From Candidatus Krumholzibacteriia bacterium (GTDB lineage Bacteria > Krumholzibacteriota > Krumholzibacteriia > LZORAL124-64-63): 14,371 nt of DNA. Under the pieces are notes generated by a model. It saw only the letters and a program-made list of their open reading frames with translations, had not been told where the DNA came from and made no database searches. Of this stretch, positions 7,999-14,371 are shown piece by piece; position 1 is the first letter of the stretch, and the number at the start of each line of letters is the position of its first letter. Where the stretch lies: assembly GCA_036351155.1 (NCBI GenBank), contig JAZBOO010000310.1, positions 1 through 14,371 of the forward strand, written 5' to 3'. A program made the position numbers and the translations under genes.

Positions 7999-8115
7999 AT
8001 AGGACGGGGGAAAAATCCTGTCCGCAAAGCTCGCGGCTTGTCGGTATCTCCCTCCAATCCCCCACCGGCATGCCGTTGGACCGGTCACGTTATACGTTGA
8101 CCGGTCCTTTTTTTT
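7999..8115 (+). ncRNA. Candidate small RNA (~115 nt) with C-rich anti-SD loop
   Basis: Promoter-like signal upstream; hairpin 8002-8023; hairpin 8039-8070 with 18-nt loop ATCTCCCTCCAATCCCCC; ends in an intrinsic terminator; no credible ORF. Confidence 0.5.
8078..8115 (+). terminator. Rho-independent terminator
   Basis: Perfect 10-bp stem GGACCGGTCA (8078-8087) / TGACCGGTCC (8098-8107) followed by 8 T (8108-8115); no U-tract in the minus direction. Confidence 0.88.
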
Positions 8116-8146
8116 ACCCACTGATAATTCTTGATCTTGCGAAGGG

Positions 8147-9316
8147 TCAGCGCCGACGCCCCCGATAAAGGAAGGGCTTAGATTTCAGGACCTCGGAATA
8201 CGCCTCCAGCTGCTGCTGAAACGCCGGGCGCTCCGGCGCCTGCTCCACGGCCTTCTCCATCCAGCGCACGGCCTTGCGGTACTGCCCGCGCTTGAAGTAG
8301 CTCTCGGCCAGGGTGGCCATCATGCGGGGATTGTCATCGCTGAGCACCACCGCCCGGATGGCGTAGCGAGAAGCCTGCTCCAGATCCAGGCCACTGGCCG
8401 TGGCCACCCGGGCGTAGGCATCCAGGGCGGGGACCGACGTATCATCGAGGGCAATCAAAGCCCCGAAGGTTTCCAGCATGCCCACGGTGTCGGGCAAGGT
8501 GCCCTGGAACGTGGCAATGGCCATGAGTCCTGCGGCGGCCTCGAGCCCAGGCTCCGTGTAGGCACCGGCCGCACGCCGCGCAATGTCCTGCGCCCGCTCC
8601 CCGTTGCCCAGCGACACCTCCAGCGAAGCCAGGCCCAGCATGCCGTCGGTCACCACCTGGCCGCCGCTGCGGTCCCGCAGGTTCATCAGCCGCCGGTACA
8701 GAATGCGTGCCTGTTGATCATCCCCCCGCTCGGCTTGACGACGGGCCAGATCCAGCAACAGCCCCGGCTCCTCCGGCTTGGCCGCCACCAGATCCAGCAG
8801 ACGATTGAAGGTGTTTCCCCCCGCGCGGAAAGTGCGAATGATCGTCAGGAATTCCTCGGCCGAAACCGCGCCGGTGAAGCGGTCGATCTCCCGCCCCCTG
8901 TGATCGCACCAGATCAAGGTGGGCAGCAGGGTGATGTGAAAATCGGTCTTGAGCGCCAGGTACTCGGGCTTGTCGATGTCCACCTTGAAGGTGAACACGT
9001 CCGCCAGCTCATCGACCACCTCGGGCTCGTTGTAGACAAAGCCGTCCAGCAGCTTGCAGGGCCCGCACCACTGGGCATAGAAATCGATGAGGATGGGCTG
9101 GTCACCACGCTCGGCCGCCGTGTCCACGACGGTGGACCAGGACAGGTCCTCGACCCAGGGGACCGAGCGAGGGCCGTCCAGCGACCGGGCGGGAGCGGCC
9201 ATGGCCATCAGGAAAAAATACGTCAACATGAAGACGGGCAAGAAGCGCAAAGCGGGCCATCCTGGGCTGGGGCGAAAAAACATCCACAGGCCGGCACCAT
9301 AGCCAAAACCCCTCAA
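8147..9316 (-). CDS. Exported thioredoxin-domain + TPR-repeat protein (start uncertain: TTG 9316, ATG 9283 or ATG 9229)
   Basis: PILIDFYAQWCGPCK active site, KVDID and cis-Pro region LPTLI; helical TPR-like C-terminus (TLAESYFKRGQYRKAVRWMEKAVEQAP); hydrophobic N-terminal stretch ending APARS; TTGA overlap with apbE stop. Confidence 0.82.
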   Translation of the reverse strand: MRGFGYGAGLWMFFRPSPGWPALRFLPVFMLTYFFLMAMAAPARSLDGPRSVPWVEDLSWSTVVDTAAERGDQPILIDFYAQWCGPCKLLDGFVYNEPEVVDELADVFTFKVDIDKPEYLALKTDFHITLLPTLIWCDHRGREIDRFTGAVSAEEFLTIIRTFRAGGNTFNRLLDLVAAKPEEPGLLLDLARRQAERGDDQQARILYRRLMNLRDRSGGQVVTDGMLGLASLEVSLGNGERAQDIARRAAGAYTEPGLEAAAGLMAIATFQGTLPDTVGMLETFGALIALDDTSVPALDAYARVATASGLDLEQASRYAIRAVVLSDDNPRMMATLAESYFKRGQYRKAVRWMEKAVEQAPERPAFQQQLEAYSEVLKSKPFLYRGRRR

Positions 9317-10197
9317 CGGATCACCCAGTATTTTCCGCCCTGGTGAGCCAGGAACTCCTCGGCTTCACCTCCACTGAGCATGGCCATGGTGGCCAGAAAG
9401 CCGGCTTCGGTGCAGGTGTCGGCCAGCACGGTGACCGCACGGGGGGCCTTCAGGACCGGCCAACCCGTGCGGGGGTTCAGAATATGGGGATAACGCACGC
9501 CGTTTTTCAGGAGGAATCGATTGGCGTCGCCACTGGTGGCCAGGGCTCCTTGCTTCAGCTGCAGCTGGCGGTCGGGAGAATCGGGTCGGTCGGGCATTTC
9601 GATACCCACGGTCCAGGGCCGGCCGTCCCGACGCGCGCCCACCGCGCGCAAATCGCCCCCGAAGTTGACCAGGAAGGAGGCCGGGGTTATCTCGGCCAGA
9701 ACCGCGGCCACCCGGTCCACAGCATACTCCTTGCCCAGGCCGCCCAGGTCGATTTCCATGCCTTCAGGCAAGATGATGGCCGGCGGATCCCACTTCACCT
9801 TGGTCCACCCCACCTGCCCCAGCAAAGCCTTGGCCTGGTTGCGCGAGGGCACTCTATCGCTGCCATCGAAGGTCCAGATGCGGCGCAGTATTCCACTGGT
9901 GATGTCGAACCGGCCACCGCTCAGGTCGTGAAATTCAGACGCCAGGTTCAGCAACCCGGCCGTTTCCTCATCCACGGCCACCGCCCGGCCAACGCTGTTG
10001 TTGATCTGCCAGACCATGCCCTCGCTGTTGTAGCGGCTGAACTTTTTTTCGATCCGCAGCGTCTCGTTGCAGGCCAACTCGCCCAGCCACTGGGCTTGAC
10101 TGCGATCTTCGAGGTCCAGCAGCACCTCGCACGGCCCGGCCATGGCCCGAAAGCGAAAGGCCCAGTCCCGGCCCTGGCGTGTCAGGTCCTCCGTCAT
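9313..10197 (-). CDS. apbE: FAD:protein FMN transferase (ApbE family), 294 aa
   Basis: ApbE motifs SGGRFDITSG, IDLGGLGKEYAVD, VNFGGDL, ATSGDANR, HILNPRTGWP, VTVLADTC. Confidence 0.95.
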   Translation of the reverse strand: MTEDLTRQGRDWAFRFRAMAGPCEVLLDLEDRSQAQWLGELACNETLRIEKKFSRYNSEGMVWQINNSVGRAVAVDEETAGLLNLASEFHDLSGGRFDITSGILRRIWTFDGSDRVPSRNQAKALLGQVGWTKVKWDPPAIILPEGMEIDLGGLGKEYAVDRVAAVLAEITPASFLVNFGGDLRAVGARRDGRPWTVGIEMPDRPDSPDRQLQLKQGALATSGDANRFLLKNGVRYPHILNPRTGWPVLKAPRAVTVLADTCTEAGFLATMAMLSGGEAEEFLAHQGGKYWVIR

Positions 10198-10198
10198 G

Positions 10199-11449
10199 TC
10201 ACAGATCCAGCGAGTAGCCCACCTGGAAAATCAAGGCGCTGACATCGGGAAACAGGTCGAAATCCCGCAGCACGCCAAAGGCTTCCTCGGGCTGGCTGTC
10301 CCCTGTTTGCAGGTAGTACTCCAGGCGCACCGTCAGATCGTGACCGCCTCCCACCTTGCGTCCGTGCTTCAGCCCCACCGTCCAGGCGGTCATGTCGCCC
10401 AGCCGGTAGTCGGCCGACACGGCCTCGGGCAAGGCCTCTCCCGTCACCAGGAACCGCCGGTAGAAATCGGCCGCCCCCTGCCGGTACCAGCGCAGATGGG
10501 GACGCAGATACTTGTCACCCGACAGATTCCAGCGGTAGGTCAGGTCCACCGTGTGGCTCTGGATACCCCAGTCGTCGGTCAGGAAACGGTAGGACATGCT
10601 CACCACATCACGGGCCAGGTGATGGTTCACGCGGCCGAACAGGACGTGACGCGCCCGGTCGGTGGGCCGAAGTTCGAACAGATAATCGTCGGGATCACCC
10701 GTCACCGGGTCGACCTGGCTGACCAGCTTGTAGGGATCGGTCTGGTAACCCTGCACCTTGCTGAAGGTGTAGTTGAGATGGGCCACCGTGGCCCGGCCCA
10801 GCACCCGGGTCACGCCCAGTCCCAGATCCATCACGTCCTTGTTCCCGTCGCCTTGCAGGCGAGGCTGCGCGGCACCCACAGGAGCCATGGATGCCAGGGG
10901 GTCGGGCCGCCCTCCTTCGGGGCTGATGGTGTCGCTGAAAAACGCCGCCCGCAAGGCCACCGTGGTGTTGCGCTGGTGGAAATCCCGGACCAGGCTGGTG
11001 TTGAAGCCCAGCGAGGTGTAGTCATGTTCGGTGGACACGTAGGCTCCACCCTGCCAGCTTGTCATCCGGTTCAAGGCCAGGGTGCCGCCGCCGGATATGG
11101 CGGTGCGCGTGTCCCGGAAGGTGTCGTCCAGAGGTGTGCCGGCCGGTCCCGTTTGATAACTCCCCGCCCCCGATGGCCGCGTGAAGGTCTGGGTGAAGGA
11201 GGCGGGCGTGGCTCCGTTGGCCGAGGCACCCGTCAGGGCATCGAACACCAGCTTGAAGTTTGCACTGTGGCCGCTGCTGAAAGCATGGGTTCCGGCCACC
11301 ACCGCTTCGACGGCGGACACCCGATCGGGTTCGGTATAGAACAGCACGGCCGAACCGATTTCCGTGGCCTCGGCCGCCGCCCCGTTCAGCCCCACCAGAC
11401 TACAGGCAGCCACCACGGCCTTGCGCAAATTTTTTCTAGTTGCAGCCAC
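10199..11449 (-). CDS. DUF3570-family putative outer-membrane beta-barrel protein (~416 aa; likely GTG start at 11449 rather than 11512)
   Basis: Signal peptide (M)AATRKNLRKAVVAACSLVGLNGAAAEA; family motifs DALTGAS, STEHDYTS, GYQTDPYK, RPTDR, DDWGIQSHT, SADYRL; amphipathic beta strands; GGAGGT SD just before GTG; context between DUF4266 and apbE. Confidence 0.85.
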   Translation of the reverse strand: MAATRKNLRKAVVAACSLVGLNGAAAEATEIGSAVLFYTEPDRVSAVEAVVAGTHAFSSGHSANFKLVFDALTGASANGATPASFTQTFTRPSGAGSYQTGPAGTPLDDTFRDTRTAISGGGTLALNRMTSWQGGAYVSTEHDYTSLGFNTSLVRDFHQRNTTVALRAAFFSDTISPEGGRPDPLASMAPVGAAQPRLQGDGNKDVMDLGLGVTRVLGRATVAHLNYTFSKVQGYQTDPYKLVSQVDPVTGDPDDYLFELRPTDRARHVLFGRVNHHLARDVVSMSYRFLTDDWGIQSHTVDLTYRWNLSGDKYLRPHLRWYRQGAADFYRRFLVTGEALPEAVSADYRLGDMTAWTVGLKHGRKVGGGHDLTVRLEYYLQTGDSQPEEAFGVLRDFDLFPDVSALIFQVGYSLDL

Positions 11450-12116
11450 ATCCACCTCCCGCACTGCCCAGGCCGCCGCTGGAGGCTTCCTTGCTGAAGT
11501 AGATATGTTCATCCAGAGCAGTTTCGAGAGGATCAGGGTCGATGGCCATGCCCGGGGCCGCCAGAAGATCGCGCATCCACGGCCGCAAACCGGACTGAGC
11601 CAGATTCAATTCCAGCGCGCCGAAAGTGGAGTCCTCCCCGGACAGAATGGCTTCCAGTTCCGCCTCCCGTGATGCGATATCACTCCGCAAAAAGCCCACG
11701 TGCGTGATCACCAGCCGGCCTTGACGGTCGTACACAAAAGCGCTGGGCATCCCCTGCAGGCTGCGTTCTTCGGCCAGAAATCCCTTCGGATCGTGAACCT
11801 GCAGGATGTCCGGCGAGAACATCTCTGCCATGGCCTGTGCCCGATTCCACTGCCGGTCCAGGTTCACGGCCACCACCTGCAAGCCCTGGGGACCATACTT
11901 GTCCTGCAACTGGTTGAGCCAGGGCAGGGATTGCTTGCAGGGTTCGCACCACGAGGCCCAGAAATCCATCAGGACCACCTGACCGGACAGCTTGTCCAGC
12001 TGGAAATCCTCGGCGGAAATGGTGCTTTCCGCCCCCGGGTGCTGGGCCCGGACCGATCCGTTCCCGACGACCAGGAGCAAACCCGGCACCAGGATCCAAA
12101 GCCACATGTGTTTCAT
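11436..12116 (-). CDS. TlpA-like thioredoxin fused to C-terminal DUF4266 domain (226 aa; ORF-track start 12536 lies inside the upstream gene)
   Basis: Signal peptide MKHMWLWILVPGLLLVVGNGSVRA; GQVVLMDFWASWCEPCK, VVAVNLD and GMPSAFVYDRQG (TlpA); then RPWMRDLLA..DPDPLETALDEHIYFSKEASSGG..GGGCGCN (DUF4266); AAGGA before ATG 12116 (alternative ATG 12107). Confidence 0.87.
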   Translation of the reverse strand: MKHMWLWILVPGLLLVVGNGSVRAQHPGAESTISAEDFQLDKLSGQVVLMDFWASWCEPCKQSLPWLNQLQDKYGPQGLQVVAVNLDRQWNRAQAMAEMFSPDILQVHDPKGFLAEERSLQGMPSAFVYDRQGRLVITHVGFLRSDIASREAELEAILSGEDSTFGALELNLAQSGLRPWMRDLLAAPGMAIDPDPLETALDEHIYFSKEASSGGLGSAGGGCGCN

Positions 12117-12148
12117 TTTTTCCTTTGGCACTTGAGATACAACGAAGA

Positions 12149-13315
12149 TTACCGGAACGCCTGCTGCCCGGTGATCTCGGCTCCCACGATCAGGGTGTGA
12201 ATGTCGTGGGTCCCCTCGTAAGTGTAGACCGACTCCAGGTTGGCCATGTGGCGCCCCGGCGAAAATTCGTCGGTGATGCCGGCGGCCCCCAGAATGTCCC
12301 GAGCCATGCGAGCGCAATCCAGGGCCATGGCCACGTTGTTCCGCTTGGCCAGCGACACCAGAGGCACCTCGTTGATGCCCGCATCCTTGAGACGTCCCAG
12401 TTGCTGCACCAGCCCCTGGGCCTTGGTGATCTCGGTCACCATGACCACCAGCTTCTGCTGCACCAGCTGGAACGACGAAAGCGGCTTGTCGAACTGATGA
12501 CGCTCGCCAGAATACTTCAAAGCGGTGTGATAACAATCGGCCGCAGCACCCACTGCCCCCCAGGCGATGCCGTACCGGGCCTCGTTCAGACAGCTCAACG
12601 GGGCTTTCAGCCCCCTGGCCAGAGGCAGCCTGCTGCTTTCCGGCAATACAACCTCATCGAAAACAAGTTCCCCGGTGTCGCTGGCCCGCAGGCTGTACTT
12701 GCCGTGGATGGGGTTGGCCGAGAACCCCGGCATCCCCTTTTCCACCAGGAAGCCCACCACCCCTTCGTCGCATCGGGCCCAGACCACCGCCACATCGGCC
12801 ACCGTGGCGTTGGTGATCCACAGCTTGCTGCCGTTCAGCACCCAGTCGTCACCGCGCCGGGTGGCCCGCGTTTCCATGCCGCCGGGGTCGCTGCCGTGGT
12901 TGGCCTCGGTCAGGCCGAAGCATCCGATCTTGCGCCCCGCGGCCAGCTCGGGCAGCCACTTCTCTTTCTGCTCGTCACTGCCGTAAGTGGCAATGGGCCA
13001 CATGACCAGGCTGCCCTGCACCGAGGCGAAGCTGCGCAGACCGCTGTCTCCGCGCTCCAGCTCCTCGCAGATCAACCCGTACATGGTGGAGCTCAGGCCC
13101 ACGCAACCGGGCCCCTTCACCGATGGCCCCAGCAAGCCCAGCGCGCCCAGCCTGGGCACCAGGTCCATGGGGAAGGTGTCGTGGCGGAAGTGCTCGCGCA
13201 CCACCGGCAAGAACTCCTGGTCGACAAAGCGGCGCACGGTGTCGCGCACGCTGCGTTCCTCGTCGCTGAGGTTGCGGTCGAAACGGTAGAAGTCGACGCC
13301 GGGGTAGGAAGCCAT
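12149..13315 (-). CDS. gcdH: Acyl-CoA dehydrogenase, glutaryl-CoA dehydrogenase-like (388 aa from ATG 13315; ORF open to 13345)
   Basis: ELERGDSGLRSFASVQGSLVM, GCFGLTEANHGSDPG, NGSKLWITN, ARYGIAWGAVGAA, NLESVYTYEGTHDIHTLIVG..ITG..AF are typical of the GCDH subfamily; GGAG 9 nt before ATG 13315. Confidence 0.88.
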   Translation of the reverse strand: MASYPGVDFYRFDRNLSDEERSVRDTVRRFVDQEFLPVVREHFRHDTFPMDLVPRLGALGLLGPSVKGPGCVGLSSTMYGLICEELERGDSGLRSFASVQGSLVMWPIATYGSDEQKEKWLPELAAGRKIGCFGLTEANHGSDPGGMETRATRRGDDWVLNGSKLWITNATVADVAVVWARCDEGVVGFLVEKGMPGFSANPIHGKYSLRASDTGELVFDEVVLPESSRLPLARGLKAPLSCLNEARYGIAWGAVGAAADCYHTALKYSGERHQFDKPLSSFQLVQQKLVVMVTEITKAQGLVQQLGRLKDAGINEVPLVSLAKRNNVAMALDCARMARDILGAAGITDEFSPGRHMANLESVYTYEGTHDIHTLIVGAEITGQQAFR

Positions 13316-13395
13316 GTTCGCGGTCTCCGGAGGTTGAGGAATCACACGTATTTTCGAGGCAGGATACGTGGCATGGTCCCGCGCCGCAACACCCG

Positions 13396-14286
13396 TTAGC
13401 TCCCCAGGCCCGCCCCCATGACCTCGCGCGGGGTGTAGATCGAAACGAAGGCCTCGGGATCGGCCTCGTTGATGCGGCGTTTCAGTCGAGCGGTTTCCGA
13501 GCGCGCCACCACCACGTAGAGCATGGTGCTGGGCTGCTTGCTGAAGCCGCCCTCGGCCGGCATCATGGTCACTGTTCGTCCCAGATGGCGGCGCACTGCG
13601 TCTTTGACCGCCTCAGGATGCCGGGTCACCACCATGGCGGACCGGGTGGCCACCATACCGTGCATGACCGAATCGAGGGTGCGAGTGGCGGCGAAGGACA
13701 GCATCAAGGCCACCGCGGCCTCCTCCAGACCGTAAATAAAGGCCGCCAGGCCGAACACCACCACGTTGATCCCCAGGATGGCCTGCCCCACCGAGACATC
13801 CAGCCACATGTTCATCAGGCGCCCGACGATATCGGTGCCCCCGGTGGTGCCCCGTCCCCAGAAAACCAGGGCCAGCCCCACCCCACTGAGCAGACCGCCG
13901 TAAAAAATCACCAGCAGTCGATCCTGGGTCAGCACATCGGTGGCCAGCGTGGTCAGATCAATGGAGAGCGCCATGACCATCACCCCGACCAGGGTCCTGA
14001 GGAACATCTTCTTCCCGCCCAGATGCTTCCAGCCCAGGACGATCAAAGGCAGGTTCAGGACCACCAGGACCACCCCCATGGGCACACCCAGCAAATCCTT
14101 GCAGATCATGGCCAGTCCCGTGATACCGCCAGGAACAATGTTGTTGGGATCCATCAGCAAGGCGATGGCCGCTCCACAGATGAAGGCACCCACTATGATG
14201 GCGCTGTATTCGACCACCCAGCGCAGGCTGCGGCTGCTTTTTTTGCTCATTTTGTTTTTTTTCTGCACTTTTGCCCGAACCTCCAT
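13396..14286 (-). CDS. YitT-family membrane protein (start uncertain: 14286, 14268 or 14250)
   Basis: PGGITGLAM, LNLPL, GTTGGTDIV repeats and C-terminal DUF2179-like GRTVT..EGGFS..DPEAFV. Confidence 0.9.
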   Translation of the reverse strand: MEVRAKVQKKNKMSKKSSRSLRWVVEYSAIIVGAFICGAAIALLMDPNNIVPGGITGLAMICKDLLGVPMGVVLVVLNLPLIVLGWKHLGGKKMFLRTLVGVMVMALSIDLTTLATDVLTQDRLLVIFYGGLLSGVGLALVFWGRGTTGGTDIVGRLMNMWLDVSVGQAILGINVVVFGLAAFIYGLEEAAVALMLSFAATRTLDSVMHGMVATRSAMVVTRHPEAVKDAVRRHLGRTVTMMPAEGGFSKQPSTMLYVVVARSETARLKRRINEADPEAFVSIYTPREVMGAGLGS

Positions 14287-14306
14287 CCACCTGAAATACC
14301 TGCGAA

Positions 14307-14315
14307 AGTTAGCAA
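14307..14315 (-). promoter_or_regulatory. Possible extended -10 promoter for the yitT-led unit
   Basis: Minus strand TG-C-TAACTT (TGnTAnnnT) about 20 nt upstream of the first ATG, with TTGTTT 16 nt upstream of the hexamer. Confidence 0.35.
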
Positions 14316-14322
14316 TTATGCT

Positions 14323-14351
14323 TTGACAAACAAGTTAATCTCTTTTAGTTT
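14323..14351 (+). promoter_or_regulatory. Putative sigma70 promoter for a divergent gene beyond the right edge
   Basis: TTGACA (14323-14328), 17-nt spacer, TAGTTT (14346-14351). Confidence 0.55.
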
Positions 14352-14371
14352 GTGCACGAACTATTTCACGG

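Noticed and set aside
7924..8121. 65-aa minus-strand ORF in the intergenic region
   Set aside because: AT-rich atypical codons, runs through the terminator, no recognisable features; RNA structure explains the region better.
11633..11639. GGGGAGG at the TlpA/DUF4266 junction as an internal RBS for a separate DUF4266
   Set aside because: No start codon at suitable spacing and no signal peptide follows; at most a relic or chance Gly-Glu codons.
8147..12116. Selenocysteine or stop-codon readthrough in the redox genes
   Set aside because: All redox motifs use Cys codons and stops fall at expected family ends.
12117..12536. 140-aa N-terminal extension of the TlpA ORF in the ORF track
   Set aside because: Overlaps the acyl-CoA dehydrogenase out of frame; signal peptide and SD point to ATG 12116.
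8714..13399. Plus-strand ORFs of 210-451 aa opposite the right-hand operon
   Set aside because: Shadows of recognisable minus-strand genes.
1..14371. Mobile elements, CRISPR arrays, tRNA or rRNA genes
   Set aside because: No transposase or integrase motifs, periodic repeats or cloverleaf signatures seen by eye.

Overview
GC-rich bacterial window, apparently diderm, with two gene blocks. Left block: the 3' tail of an unknown + strand gene, an ArsR/SmtB regulator (-), ispH (-), and a divergent + strand operon of a DUF2892/YgaP-like membrane peptide, a TolC-family protein, an RND adaptor and an RND permease. Right block, all on - strand: a YitT-family protein, a glutaryl-CoA-type acyl-CoA dehydrogenase, then a tightly coupled extracytoplasmic redox cluster (TlpA-like thioredoxin fused in frame to a DUF4266 'GGGCGCN' domain, DUF3570 putative beta-barrel carrying a DALTGAS flavinylation-like motif, ApbE with no visible signal peptide, thioredoxin-TPR protein). 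The 338-bp gap between the blocks holds a candidate ~115-nt sRNA with its own promoter, a C-rich anti-Shine-Dalgarno loop and a strong terminator. The most interesting items are the redox/flavinylation cluster with its TlpA::DUF4266 fusion and the candidate sRNA. All family calls come from motif recognition by eye; no searches were run.
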